From Thermodesulfobacteriota bacterium (GTDB lineage: Bacteria > Desulfobacterota > Desulfobacteria > Desulfobacterales > SURF-7), in contig JBMORA010000064.1 of NCBI GenBank assembly GCA_049320885.1, positions 96,001-160,000 on the forward strand: DNA of 64,000 nt. Reading direction: 5' to 3'. Under the pieces are notes generated by a model. It saw nothing but the letters and a program-made list of their open reading frames with translations, was not told the DNA's origin and made no database searches. Each line of letters starts with the position of its first letter. Within the stretch, counting starts at the first letter, position 1. Positions 36,648 to 47,123 of this stretch are shown here, in pieces. The position numbers and the translations under genes were made by a program.

Positions 36648-38336
36648 TTAAGGGTATATGCCTTCCTTTTCGTGGGTCAGATCGCCTTCCAAGCGTTCAC
36701 TGAGGTAGTCTGCCAGATAAATGCCGGCCATGGAATAAGGCAGCAGAACTTCATTGGCGCCGCGGCGTTTCAGGGTTTCGATCTGGGACGATTGGTCCGC
36801 GGTGGCGATGATGGTCGCTTCCGGCGCCATGGATCTGCACATGGTGACCAGCTGCAGATTGCTGGTGCCTTTGAGCAGTACATCCGGAATGCTCGAGATA
36901 ATCACCCGCGCCTTGTTGATATGGAGATGTTCCAAGGTATCCAACTGGCTGATATCGGCGAAAACGCCTTTGACATTCATGGCCTTCAATTCCTTCAGCA
37001 CTTCCAAATTATAGTCCAGTACAATGATGTGCGGCAGAAAATGGGGATATTTCTCGGAAACCGTTTGTAAGAAGGACATGGCGCCCCGGTGGCAGCCTAA
37101 AATGAATATGGTCTGCTCTGGCTCAATATCCAGCCCTGTTTTTTCCAGGCCGCCCGGTCTCCGGAAGGCGATTTCCAGTAGTTTGTGAAAAGCCCGGTAA
37201 ATCTGATGATTGAATTTGATGAAATAGGAGGAACTGATGGAGGTCAGGGCCATGGTGTAAATCAACACCGCCAGCAAATCCGAAGGAATGTGGCCCAGCC
37301 CCACACCGATGGAGGCCACCACGAGGGAAAATTCGCTTAATTGGGAAATATTCAGGCTGGTGATGAATCCCGTCCGGAAGCTTCCCCCGGAGAGGAGCAG
37401 GATGGGGATGACACCGATAAAGCGTGAAACAATAATGAAAAAGGAGATCCCAAGGGTTTGCAGAATCAGCATGGGTTGCGGTGTGATGATTTTCATTCCC
37501 AGGGAAACAAAGAACAGGATCAGAAAAGAATCCCGCAGAGGCAGGGTCTTGGCGGTGACATGCACCCTGTATGGAAAGAGGGAGATGGATATTCCCGCAA
37601 TCAGGGCGCCCATTTCTTTCGACACCTCCAGGTAACCGGCCAGACCCGCCATGAATGCGCACCAACCCAGGGAAATGGAAATGACCAGTTCGGGAGATTT
37701 GGAAACCGATTTGAAGATGTATTTCAAGACATATTTGCTGACGGCAATGCCGACGAACACCAAGGCAACGCTTTTTAAAATCGCCATTCCGATGATGCCG
37801 GGTTGCAGGTTGTTCAGGTTGGGCTGAAAGGCCAGGATGAAGATGACCCATAAATCCTGGATCACCAATATGCCGACGGAGGTCCTGCCCGTCAAGGTCT
37901 CGATTTCAAATTTGTCGTTCAGGGATTTGACGGCGATGGCGGTGCTGCTGAGGGCGCAGAGCAGCGCCAGATAGATTACGGCCATATTGCCACCGGGCGG
38001 GGAGGAGAATCCGCCGGCATAAAACACCATCACACCGACTGCCGCGCAGATGGGAAATTGGCCGACCCCGGTGGCCAGAATTTGGGGGCCGGATTGGATG
38101 ATGGCCTTCAAATCCAACTCCATGCCGATCACAAAGAGCAGGAGGATCAGGCCGATTTCCGAAATGACCGCGATGTTTTCCGTGCTGGTGATCAGTTGCG
38201 GTCCGATTTCCGGTCCCAAAATAATGCCTGCGATAAGATAGCCGACGATGATCGGTTGCCGCAGGGAGTGGGTGATGATGCCGATGACGGTCGCAACCGT
38301 CATCGCCATGCCGATATCGATAATGAGCCCATGCAT
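36648..38336 (-). CDS. CPA2 cation:proton antiporter (Kef-like) with C-terminal TrkA-N/KTN domain
   Basis: Multiple TM helices, GYLIAGIILGP, LSSTAI, QD, SEFS, soluble C-terminal KTN region. Confidence 0.9.
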   Translation of the reverse strand: MHGLIIDIGMAMTVATVIGIITHSLRQPIIVGYLIAGIILGPEIGPQLITSTENIAVISEIGLILLLFVIGMELDLKAIIQSGPQILATGVGQFPICAAVGVMVFYAGGFSSPPGGNMAVIYLALLCALSSTAIAVKSLNDKFEIETLTGRTSVGILVIQDLWVIFILAFQPNLNNLQPGIIGMAILKSVALVFVGIAVSKYVLKYIFKSVSKSPELVISISLGWCAFMAGLAGYLEVSKEMGALIAGISISLFPYRVHVTAKTLPLRDSFLILFFVSLGMKIITPQPMLILQTLGISFFIIVSRFIGVIPILLLSGGSFRTGFITSLNISQLSEFSLVVASIGVGLGHIPSDLLAVLIYTMALTSISSSYFIKFNHQIYRAFHKLLEIAFRRPGGLEKTGLDIEPEQTIFILGCHRGAMSFLQTVSEKYPHFLPHIIVLDYNLEVLKELKAMNVKGVFADISQLDTLEHLHINKARVIISSIPDVLLKGTSNLQLVTMCRSMAPEATIIATADQSSQIETLKRRGANEVLLPYSMAGIYLADYLSERLEGDLTHEKEGIYP

Positions 38337-38398
38337 TGCAAATGGTCCTTTACGCAAGCAAGGGGGAAGGGCCTCCCCTTACGTATGTTCTACCCGCG

Positions 38399-38908
38399 TC
38401 AATCCATGGAGCAGTCCTCGTCGGAACCGCAATCGCAGCCGCAATCGCAGCCGCAACCATGATTTTCCTGGGTGGGTGTATCACTGATGCCCACAATCTG
38501 TATGTCGAAAGTGAGGGATTCACCGGCCAGCGGGTGGTTCAGGTCCACGATCACTCGCTGGTCATCCACCTGAGCGATGCGGGCCGGAATTTCGTGGCCG
38601 TCCGGACTGGTCAGGGCGACGGTTTCGCCTACCTCCGGCGTTATCTCCGGTGGAATCTCGGAGCGGTCAAACGTGTGCAGATATTCTTCATTTTTATGGC
38701 CGTATGCCTCCTCCGGCGCAAGTGTGAACCGTTTTTTTTCATTCAGGGACATGCCCATGAGGGCGGCTTCGAATCCTTTGATCAAGTGGCCGGCGCCGAT
38801 TTCCACTTCCAGGGGATGACGGCCGCGGCTGCTGTCAAATATGTCTCCATTTTGGAGGGTTCCGGTATAATCCACACTGACGAACAGGCCTTTTTCGACT
38901 TTTTGCAT
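38399..38908 (-). CDS. slyD: FKBP-type peptidyl-prolyl isomerase, SlyD-like
   Basis: VDYTG, LIKGFEAAL, PEEAYG, VDLNHPLAG, Cys-rich tail. Confidence 0.9.
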   Translation of the reverse strand: MQKVEKGLFVSVDYTGTLQNGDIFDSSRGRHPLEVEIGAGHLIKGFEAALMGMSLNEKKRFTLAPEEAYGHKNEEYLHTFDRSEIPPEITPEVGETVALTSPDGHEIPARIAQVDDQRVIVDLNHPLAGESLTFDIQIVGISDTPTQENHGCGCDCGCDCGSDEDCSMD

Positions 38909-38982
38909 TTACATCTCCTTTTGATTAAGTAAAATAGACGTACAATACGCGTTTCATCAGACAGGTCAAGGGGAGATTTTTT

Positions 38983-40143
38983 GTGGCGATCCATTTTGAA
39001 TTTTCGACGGCGGCCCGCATCTTGTTCGGCCGGGGAAAGATCCACATGGTGGCCCGGCTGGCGCAATCATTGGGTCAGCGGCCCTTGCTCGTGACCGGCA
39101 GAGATGGTCGCCGTGCGACCGATATACGCAACGAATTGAAAAACATAAATATTGTGCCGGAGTGCCATGCCGTCACTGGGGAGCCGACCATTGAGACCGT
39201 CGTTCAGGGCGCACAGATCGCCATAAGCAAACGCTGTGATCTGGTCATCGGGATCGGAGGCGGCAGCGTCATTGATGCCGCCAAGGCGATTGCGGCGCTG
39301 ATACGCAACCGCGATGATGTGATGAATTATCTGGAGGTCATCGGTCTTGGAAAGCCGCTTACCCGGGAACCGGTGCCGGTGATCGCTGTTCCGACCACGG
39401 CCGGAACCGGGGCTGAAGTCACCGCCAATGCGGTCCTGAGCGCAAAAAGCCATCGGATTAAAGTCAGTCTGCGGCATCCGGGGATGCTGCCGGCAGCCGC
39501 CGTCGTCGATCCGGAATTGACGGTTTCCATGCCGCCCCATATCACGGCAGGCACCGGCATGGACGCCTTGGTTCAGGTTCTGGAACCCTATGTTTCCCGT
39601 TATGCGAATCCGCTGACCGACAGCCTATGCAGGGAGGCGCTGAGAAGGGTGTCCCGCTCCTTCCGCAAAGCCTGGGCGCAGGGCGCTGATGTGGATGCGC
39701 GAGAGGATATGTCGCTGGTCAGCCTGTTCGGAGGGCTGGCCCTGGCCAATGCCAAACTGGGGGCCGTACATGGATTCGCCGCCGCTGTCGGGGGTATGTT
39801 TGACGCGCCTCACGGGTTGATCTGCGCGCGGCTTTTGCCGTTTGTGATGGCCATGAACATCAAGGCCCTGAGGGAAAGAGGGCCGGCGGATGGAATGAAC
39901 CGATATGAGACGGCAAGCCGGCTGTTGACCGGTGAGCCGGATGCACCCGCGGAGAGCGGGATCGAATGGGTTGCAGGCCTTTGTGATGATATGAAGATTC
40001 CGGAATTGTCCCGGTACGGCGTCACGCCGGACCATTTCACGGAGGTGGTCGTCCGCGCACAGCGGACCAGCAGCATCAAGGGCAATCCGGTGGAGCTGAC
40101 TACGGAAGAGCTGGCGGAAGTCTTGCGGCTGGCGGTTGGGTGA
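38983..40143 (+). CDS. Iron-containing alcohol dehydrogenase
   Basis: GGGSVIDAAKA, VPTTAGTGAE, GMDAL, LGAVHG, PHG. Confidence 0.92.
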   Translation: MAIHFEFSTAARILFGRGKIHMVARLAQSLGQRPLLVTGRDGRRATDIRNELKNINIVPECHAVTGEPTIETVVQGAQIAISKRCDLVIGIGGGSVIDAAKAIAALIRNRDDVMNYLEVIGLGKPLTREPVPVIAVPTTAGTGAEVTANAVLSAKSHRIKVSLRHPGMLPAAAVVDPELTVSMPPHITAGTGMDALVQVLEPYVSRYANPLTDSLCREALRRVSRSFRKAWAQGADVDAREDMSLVSLFGGLALANAKLGAVHGFAAAVGGMFDAPHGLICARLLPFVMAMNIKALRERGPADGMNRYETASRLLTGEPDAPAESGIEWVAGLCDDMKIPELSRYGVTPDHFTEVVVRAQRTSSIKGNPVELTTEELAEVLRLAVG

Positions 40144-40234
40144 AATCGCTGCGGGCGGTGATAACCTAGGCGGCCCGTTTTTCCCCCTGCTGCCTTTGGC
40201 CGTTACGCGGGAACAAAGCGATCCGCGCGGAAGA

Positions 40235-41944
40235 TTATTTGCAGATATCGTTCTCGGGCCGGGGGCCCAGTATTTTTTCCAGAATGATCTTGCTGATCAT
40301 ATACGTCGGTTTTATTCCTTCCAGGCCCATGCTTCCGGACGATAACGTCTGCCCGCTCACCAGCGGATTGTCGGAGGCGTAGTATGCATAGCGGGTCTTC
40401 ACATCCGGGGCGATGTGTCCGCGAATGATGGCGGATGTGATCGCGCGCTGGTAATGACCGCCTTCCATTTCCAAACCCACCGCTTTCCAGCTCGATCCCT
40501 GGAAGCGGGTCAGTAAATCGCGGTTTTGCAGCGAAGTACCGAAAACGGTGATGATCGGCCCGACATAGACATCGGCCCCTTCCTCGAAGTCTTCCTTTTT
40601 CATATCATTGTCGACCATGTAATTATGGGCCGTGCCTTCAAAGACATGGGCGGTGGCGAGCATGATGTCCCCTTTTTTGCCGGGCAGGATCCCGGCCTTG
40701 CCCATGATCGAGATGGAGCGTGTATCAAAGACGATTTGCAGATCACCCGTATTGTCCGGTTCCAGGAGTTCGTCCATGGCTTCAAACGCCTGTTCGCCGA
40801 AAGCGTAGTCCATCACCAGAAGCAGGGGTTGTTCCTTTTTGATATAGGCCTTGTCAATTTTCAGGTCCGGATGAAACATCACAGCCGATAGATGGGCGGT
40901 ATCGATCAATTGGCAATCGATATGCGTTCCGGACGTGTCGGGCAATTCATGGAACCCATGCCCGGTGGCGAATGTTTTGACAGCCTGGTGTTTATCGCGC
41001 ATTTTAATGATGAAATCGTAAAGGTCGGTTTCCGATTTTTTCTTGGCGGCCGGTGCCAGGGAACCGTAAGCATACAGCGTGTTGACAATGCTGTGCAGAT
41101 TGGCGCTGATGATGTGCAGCGGTCGATTCCGCAGACCCAGTTCGTGGATTTTCATTTTGATGTCGTGGGCCCATTTTTCGCTGTACCGTTGGGTTCCGAT
41201 CAGGTCTTTCAGGGCGGGGGTGAAGGAAATGAGCAATTGATTGTCTTTGTCCTGCTTCTCCGCTTCCACGCGTTTGCCCAGATCGTAAATGATATGGAAC
41301 AGTACATTGATATTTTTTTCGTTGTCGCTATATTTTTCAAGAAAATCATATGTTTCTTTGGTTTCATGGAAGGTTCGGCCCAACAGGATGCTCAGGTTCC
41401 AGATGGCCTTGTCCAACTGGTCGCCGCTCAGTTTCGATTCCTGGGCTATAATTTTATCCAGTTCCTTCCATTCGCGGGTGGGATTCCCTTCCCGGTCTTT
41501 CATCTGATTAAAAATTTTGTTGGCTTCAATATCCAGGAAGGTGACATGGGTGAGAATGTCATAAATTTCACTTAGTCCCCTGGTGATGACAAAGCAAATT
41601 TCTTTTTCGTTGACCCGGTAGGAAGTTCTTCGCCTTTTGGGGGGCATGACTTTTTCAAATGAGGTGTCCTCCAGTTCTTCCTGGGCGGTCACAATAATGC
41701 GGTTGCATTTTTCGATTCCCCTGGGCAGCCGTTCAATCACATATTCCAGCCCCTTCAATTCGATAATTCGCGGGCTGTTCATGGAGCCGTAAATTTCCGG
41801 GCTGAGCATCCGAAGCCCTTCGGCCAGGGTTTGTCCGGAACGGCCGGAGGGTTTGTAATATCCTCTCAGGGCCAGGGCGTCCATGGTCGTTTTGATGATT
41901 TTGATGGCGATTCTGGCTTTTTGCGATTGGGTCAATGGCTGCAT
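40235..41944 (-). CDS. Conserved hypothetical protein (DUF6909-like) with nucleoside-phosphorylase-like C-terminus
   Basis: RGYYKPSG, PEIYGS, LPRGIE, HIISANLHS, MDYAFGEQA, MGKAG, GLEMEG, YYASDNPL. Confidence 0.65.
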   Translation of the reverse strand: MQPLTQSQKARIAIKIIKTTMDALALRGYYKPSGRSGQTLAEGLRMLSPEIYGSMNSPRIIELKGLEYVIERLPRGIEKCNRIIVTAQEELEDTSFEKVMPPKRRRTSYRVNEKEICFVITRGLSEIYDILTHVTFLDIEANKIFNQMKDREGNPTREWKELDKIIAQESKLSGDQLDKAIWNLSILLGRTFHETKETYDFLEKYSDNEKNINVLFHIIYDLGKRVEAEKQDKDNQLLISFTPALKDLIGTQRYSEKWAHDIKMKIHELGLRNRPLHIISANLHSIVNTLYAYGSLAPAAKKKSETDLYDFIIKMRDKHQAVKTFATGHGFHELPDTSGTHIDCQLIDTAHLSAVMFHPDLKIDKAYIKKEQPLLLVMDYAFGEQAFEAMDELLEPDNTGDLQIVFDTRSISIMGKAGILPGKKGDIMLATAHVFEGTAHNYMVDNDMKKEDFEEGADVYVGPIITVFGTSLQNRDLLTRFQGSSWKAVGLEMEGGHYQRAITSAIIRGHIAPDVKTRYAYYASDNPLVSGQTLSSGSMGLEGIKPTYMISKIILEKILGPRPENDICK

Positions 41945-41980
41945 GGGCTCTCCGATTCGGATAGTCGACAAAGAAAGGGT

Positions 41981-42847
41981 TCAACAGGCCAGGGTTTTCA
42001 AGTATTGCCGCAATTGGGGGCCGATATCCGGACGGTCCAGGGAGAACGCCAGATTGGCCATCTGAAACCCGGCTTTATCACCGCAATCGAAACGCGTTCC
42101 CTTGAAGCGATATCCAAAAATGGGCTGTTTCTCCAACAGAATGGCCATGGCGTCGGTCAGTTGGATTTCGCCGCCGGCGCCGACTTTTTTTCTGCCGAGG
42201 ATGTTGAATATTTCGGGTGTAAGGATATAACGACCGATGATAGCCGTATTGGATGGCGCTACCTCCGGTCTGGGTTTTTCCACCAGACCGCGAACGCGGA
42301 TCAGTTCGTTGCCGATTTCCTCCATGTCCAGGATACCGTATTTTACGGTTTCCTTGGGGTCGACTTCGATGACGGCCACCACCGAAGCCCGTTGGTCTTC
42401 ATACGCCTGGACCATCTGGGCCAAAACCGGAACATCCGATTGGATCAGGTCATCGGCCAGCAGAACGGCAAACGGCTCGTTGCCGACAACATTTCGGGCG
42501 CACCAGATGGCGTGTCCCAGCCCAAGCGGCTCACTTTGCCGGGTGTAGATGATGGTTCCGGCTTCCGGCATGGTGGCATGCAGGGCTTGCAGCAGATCGT
42601 TCTTGGAGCGCTCCCGGAGCGCCATCTCCAGTTCGCAGGAGTGATCGAAATGGTCTTCCAGGGCTTCTTTGTTGCGACCGGTGACGAAAATGATCTGCTC
42701 AATGCCGGATTGGAAGGCTTCTTCCACGGCATATTGAATCAAGGGTTTGTCGACAATCGGAAGCATTTCCTTCGGCATGGCCTTTGTGGCGGGCAGAAAG
42801 CGGGTGCCGAGACCGGCGACGGGGAACACGGCTTTGCGTACTTTCAT
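41981..42847 (-). CDS. galU: UTP-glucose-1-phosphate uridylyltransferase
   Basis: KAVFPVAGLGTRFLPATKAMPKEMLP, VEKP, GEIQLTDA. Confidence 0.97.
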   Translation of the reverse strand: MKVRKAVFPVAGLGTRFLPATKAMPKEMLPIVDKPLIQYAVEEAFQSGIEQIIFVTGRNKEALEDHFDHSCELEMALRERSKNDLLQALHATMPEAGTIIYTRQSEPLGLGHAIWCARNVVGNEPFAVLLADDLIQSDVPVLAQMVQAYEDQRASVVAVIEVDPKETVKYGILDMEEIGNELIRVRGLVEKPRPEVAPSNTAIIGRYILTPEIFNILGRKKVGAGGEIQLTDAMAILLEKQPIFGYRFKGTRFDCGDKAGFQMANLAFSLDRPDIGPQLRQYLKTLAC

Positions 42848-42885
42848 CTGAAAACTCCTCCGTTGGATGATCAATAATACTGGAA

Positions 42886-42914
42886 ACTATAGGAGAAAGG
42901 CTTCGCCATGTCAA
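42886..42914 (-). promoter_or_regulatory. Sigma70 promoter TTGACA-17-TATAGT for galU
   Basis: Minus strand TTGACAtggcgaagcctttctccTATAGT. Confidence 0.75.
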
Positions 42915-43007
42915 TGAAAGATCGGGAAGAATTAATGGTTGCATTGTGTCCGGCGGCATTGTAGTTTTTATGGGACATATCAACTGAAAACCATGAGGCG
43001 GATCAAC

Positions 43008-44033
43008 ATGAAACCTTCTTATCGAAATGTGCTGGTGACCGGTGCGGCCGGATTTATCGGATTTCACCTTTGCAGGCGCCTGTTGAGCGAGGGCTGTCGG
43101 GTTGCCGGTGTCGATAATATGAATGATTATTACGACGTGCGCTTGAAGGAGGCCCGGCTGGGGATCCTGACCGCCCAACCGGATTTCTCCTTTCACAAGG
43201 TGGATCTGGCTGACGGGAAGCAGATGACTTCCATTTTTGCCTGTGGGGATTTTGATGTGGTGGTCAATCTGGCGGCCCAGGCCGGTGTGCGCTATTCCCT
43301 GGTGAACCCCCAGGCGTATGTGGACTCCAACCTGGTGGGGTTTGTCAATGTTCTGGAATGCTGCCGGCATCACCAGGTGGGACATTTCGTCTTCGCATCC
43401 TCCAGTTCCGTTTACGGTGCCAACACCAAAATGCCCTTTTCCATTCATCATAATGTGGACCACCCCGTATCCCTGTATGCGGCCAGTAAAAAAGCCAATG
43501 AATTGATGGCACATACCTACAGTCACCTGTTCGGCCTGCCATGCACCGGCCTCCGTTTTTTTACGGTTTACGGCCCATGGGGCCGTCCGGACATGGCGCT
43601 GTTTCTGTTCACCAAGGCCATTTTGGAAAACAAGCCGATCAAGGTGTTCAATCATGGAAAAATGAAGCGTGATTTTACCTATATTGACGATATTATAGAA
43701 GGACTGGTGCGGGTCATGACCAGGAAGGCCGCGCCCGATCCGGGATGGCGGGGTGACGATCCGGATCCGGGAACCTCCTACGCACCGTATAAAATCTACA
43801 ATATCGGCAACAACCAGCCGGTGGAACTCACCCGTTTCATCGCCGCCCTGGAGAATGCATTGGGATGTGTTGCCCAGAAGGAATATCACGACATTCAACC
43901 CGGTGACGTGCCGGCGACCTATGCCGATGTGGCGGATCTGATCGCGGATGTGGGTTTTAAACCAGCCACGCCCATTGAGGAGGGAATCAACCGATTCGTG
44001 GAATGGTATCGCGGGTTTTATCGGCAGGGCTGA
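43008..44033 (+). CDS. NAD-dependent epimerase (UDP-glucuronate 4-epimerase-like)
   Basis: [38 protein letters not shown]. Confidence 0.93.
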   Translation: MKPSYRNVLVTGAAGFIGFHLCRRLLSEGCRVAGVDNMNDYYDVRLKEARLGILTAQPDFSFHKVDLADGKQMTSIFACGDFDVVVNLAAQAGVRYSLVNPQAYVDSNLVGFVNVLECCRHHQVGHFVFASSSSVYGANTKMPFSIHHNVDHPVSLYAASKKANELMAHTYSHLFGLPCTGLRFFTVYGPWGRPDMALFLFTKAILENKPIKVFNHGKMKRDFTYIDDIIEGLVRVMTRKAAPDPGWRGDDPDPGTSYAPYKIYNIGNNQPVELTRFIAALENALGCVAQKEYHDIQPGDVPATYADVADLIADVGFKPATPIEEGINRFVEWYRGFYRQG

Positions 44034-44058
44034 CAGCCGGACCGATCCCGGGTTCACA

Positions 44059-44901
44059 TCAGGCGTATTTTTCCAGTGCGTCTTCCAATTCGATTTCCAA
44101 CCGTGCAAGATCGATATCGGAGAGTCCCAGAAGATTGGCTTCGGCCGTTGCCGAAAGAATCAGGGAGGAGGAGTCGATGAGGCCGACACCGATTTTGTTG
44201 GCGGCTTTGTTTGCCAGGCGGACAATGGCCAGCAGAAAATTGTTCTGATCAAAATCTTCCTGATGATGATCCCTGGCGACATCGCAGTATTTTTCAGGCA
44301 GATTCCAGCTTTTCATCAGCGAATACCCTTGTTCCGGGTGGAGCGTCTCCAGAACCTCGTTCAGCAGCGCCTGGGTTGGGTCGAAGTCGATCAGGTTTTT
44401 GGACCGGATTCTTTCAATCACGGTGAGAATGAACAGTTTGCCGACATCATGAAGCAGACCGGCGAAGAAAGCCTCATTTTCAAGGGCCTCAAAACGGCAT
44501 TGTCTGGCCAGCCATTGAGAGCCCATGGCGGTGGCCTGGGAATGCCGGAACAGGGTCGTCATGATGGTATTGATGAATCGATCGTTGGACACGAACAGTT
44601 CCTTCTGGCTGACGACCATGACGATCCGGGCGACCTCCCGGATCCCCAGCCGGATGATGGCCTCCTTGACGGTCGAGACTTTTTGCAGTCCGCGGAAAAA
44701 AGCGGAGTTGGCCTGGCGCAGGATTTGTCCTGTCAACGCCTGGTCTCTTACGATGATGTTTTCGATCAGGCCGGTATCCGGATCATCCCGGCCGAGTTCC
44801 TGATGGACCCGCAAGGCGGTTTCATTGAAAACCGGAAGGCGGGTTTCATCCGCCGCCAGTTGTTCGTTGACGATTTCGGTGAAAGATTTTTCCGTTTTCA
44901 T
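44059..44901 (-). CDS. HDOD domain protein
   Basis: LPVF, DQALTGQILRQANS, AIIRLG, AGLLHDVGK, WNLP. Confidence 0.9.
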   Translation of the reverse strand: MKTEKSFTEIVNEQLAADETRLPVFNETALRVHQELGRDDPDTGLIENIIVRDQALTGQILRQANSAFFRGLQKVSTVKEAIIRLGIREVARIVMVVSQKELFVSNDRFINTIMTTLFRHSQATAMGSQWLARQCRFEALENEAFFAGLLHDVGKLFILTVIERIRSKNLIDFDPTQALLNEVLETLHPEQGYSLMKSWNLPEKYCDVARDHHQEDFDQNNFLLAIVRLANKAANKIGVGLIDSSSLILSATAEANLLGLSDIDLARLEIELEDALEKYA

Positions 44902-44923
44902 GTGCGGCAGTCTCCAGGAAGGA

Positions 44924-46858
44924 TCATATACCTTCCAAACGGCGAAGGGTTGACAGGGGCCGCGGTTTTAGAAGTTTCGGCAGGCACCTGAGTACTTCCT
45001 CGATGGTGGTGATGCCGTCCGCCGCCTTGACGATCCCGTCCTCGAACAGCGTCACAAGCCCCGTGGACTCGATACTGATTTTGCGGATTTCATGGCTGGT
45101 CTTCCGCTCCAGAATCGCATTCCGCACCGGTTCCTCCAGAATCAGCAACTCAAAAACACCCGTCCGGCCTAAATATCCGGTATGTTTGCACTGGCTGCAT
45201 CCCTTGCCCCTTTTGAAATTGGCACCCAATAATTCCGTCGGACCGTATCCCAGAAACTGGATTTCCTTTGTGGTGGGAGTATATTCCATCGCACAGGAGG
45301 AGCAGATCCGTCGCAGAAGGCGTTGGGCAACGACACAAACCACGGTGGAGGAAATCAAAAACGCTTCGATGTCCATATTCAGCAACCGGATCAGGCCGCC
45401 GATACTGTCCTCGGTATGAAACGTCGTCAGAACTTTGTGACCGGTCAATGCCGCATGGACTGCGACCTCCGCGGAATAATTGTCCCGAATCTCGCCGATG
45501 ACGATCACGTCCGGGTCTTGACGGACGATGTGTCGGAGAGTCTCCTCGAAGGTCAGGTTGATTTTGGGATTGATGGAACACTGGGCGATGCCGTCAATGA
45601 TATATTCCACCGGTTCCTCGGCGGTTATAATGCTGATCTGGGGTGTGTTAATGTGGTTGATGCAGCTGTAAACCGTGGAAGTCTTTCCGGCGCCGGTGGG
45701 GCCGGTGATGATCAAAACACCGCTGGGACTCAGGAGCGCTTCATCCCGGAAACGCTCCAGCATGCGCGGAAGCATGCCGATCTGGTCGATATGCATGAGC
45801 TGGCCCTTCCGGTTCAAGAGCCGCATGACGATTTTTTCACCATATACCGTTACGTATACGGAAACCCGTAAATCCAGTTGCCCGCCGGCATGGTCGAAAA
45901 AGATCCGTCCGCCCTGATGGCGCCGCTTTTCGGCGATGTCCGCCTGGCACATCACCTTGATCCGACTGGCAAGGGCCGGTGAGATATCCGGGGGATAGTC
46001 CTTGTAATGTTGGAGTACGCCATCCTGACGGAAACGAATTCTGAGCCGGTCCTGCATGGGTTCGATGTGAATGTCGCTCACCCGGTTTTCCAGCGCTGAG
46101 ATGATGATGGCGTTCACAAGGCCGGCAATGGAGTCCTCATCCAGGTCGATGCTTCTTCTGGCTTTGGCTCCCCGTTTGATTTTTTCAATGGTGCTGGTGA
46201 TTTCACTTCTCAGGGCAAAAGCCGGAATGATCTTTCGGCCGAAGATTCCCCTTGCCCCGTCCAGATCCTTTTGATCCAGCGGATCGGCGAAAGCCACCAA
46301 AACATTTTCGGCTTCCTTACGGATGGGAATAAAATGATGGTTTTCATAAAATTTGGTCGGCGCGCTGGCGAAGAGTTGACGATCGATGTCGGTGAATTCA
46401 AGTTCGATGTATGGAAATCCCAGCTGAAGCGACAATATCTCCACCAGTTTTTTTTCATCGATAAATCCATGACTGACCAGGATTTCACCGAGTTTTTTCG
46501 ATTTGTCTTCCAGTTGGTGGGCAAAGGCCGCCTGGAGATCGGCCTCGGCAATATATCCGAGTTCCAGAAGCAGACTGCCTATTTTCAAGGAAACCCGATT
46601 GGCGCGCAGGGCTTCCCGAACGCGTTCGTCCGTTATATATTTCAGTTCTTTCAGGATATCCAGCAACGGTTTCGGTGTGGGCAGCTTTTTCCGGATTCGT
46701 TCGGCGTATTCGATCTGCTTCCTGGTCAGGTAACTGGATTTAAGCAATATGGAAATTATTTCACCATATTGCGATAAAAACAACTCTGTTTCCGCAAGCT
46801 GTGGGTTGGTGTCGGAGGCGGATTCCGTCATTTTTACATGATCCTGGGTTGGTTTCAT
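44924..46858 (-). CDS. GspE/PilB-family secretion/pilus ATPase with MshEN-like N-terminus
   Basis: SDIHIEP, GPTGAGKT, RQDPDVIVIGEIRD, LTGH, CSSC/CSQC zinc motif, GRTG. Confidence 0.92.
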   Translation of the reverse strand: MKPTQDHVKMTESASDTNPQLAETELFLSQYGEIISILLKSSYLTRKQIEYAERIRKKLPTPKPLLDILKELKYITDERVREALRANRVSLKIGSLLLELGYIAEADLQAAFAHQLEDKSKKLGEILVSHGFIDEKKLVEILSLQLGFPYIELEFTDIDRQLFASAPTKFYENHHFIPIRKEAENVLVAFADPLDQKDLDGARGIFGRKIIPAFALRSEITSTIEKIKRGAKARRSIDLDEDSIAGLVNAIIISALENRVSDIHIEPMQDRLRIRFRQDGVLQHYKDYPPDISPALASRIKVMCQADIAEKRRHQGGRIFFDHAGGQLDLRVSVYVTVYGEKIVMRLLNRKGQLMHIDQIGMLPRMLERFRDEALLSPSGVLIITGPTGAGKTSTVYSCINHINTPQISIITAEEPVEYIIDGIAQCSINPKINLTFEETLRHIVRQDPDVIVIGEIRDNYSAEVAVHAALTGHKVLTTFHTEDSIGGLIRLLNMDIEAFLISSTVVCVVAQRLLRRICSSCAMEYTPTTKEIQFLGYGPTELLGANFKRGKGCSQCKHTGYLGRTGVFELLILEEPVRNAILERKTSHEIRKISIESTGLVTLFEDGIVKAADGITTIEEVLRCLPKLLKPRPLSTLRRLEGI

Positions 46859-47123
46859 GGGAAAAAACGACCGTATTTTCCTGTCGTCTGTCTGAAAAGC
46901 CGGGAAAAAATGCTTGTCCGGGCATGATGCCGGTTCATCGCTGCCGATGGATGGCAGGTATTATACCGAAGCGCGGGTATGGTGTCAAATTTGCTTCAAT
47001 GCAAATGATCCGTTCATGGGTCAATGCAGGCGGCTTGTCAGCCGGAGAGGGTTTGTGCTACGGATAGGGATGACCCGTTCGAGGAATGATGGAAATTTCG
47101 GAAAACCGGACGATGGTGAAACG

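Noticed and set aside
38390..38401. Possible selenocysteine read-through at the slyD TGA (would add U-R-G)
   Set aside because: No recognisable SECIS at the proper spacing. The downstream hairpin is better explained as a terminator-like element.
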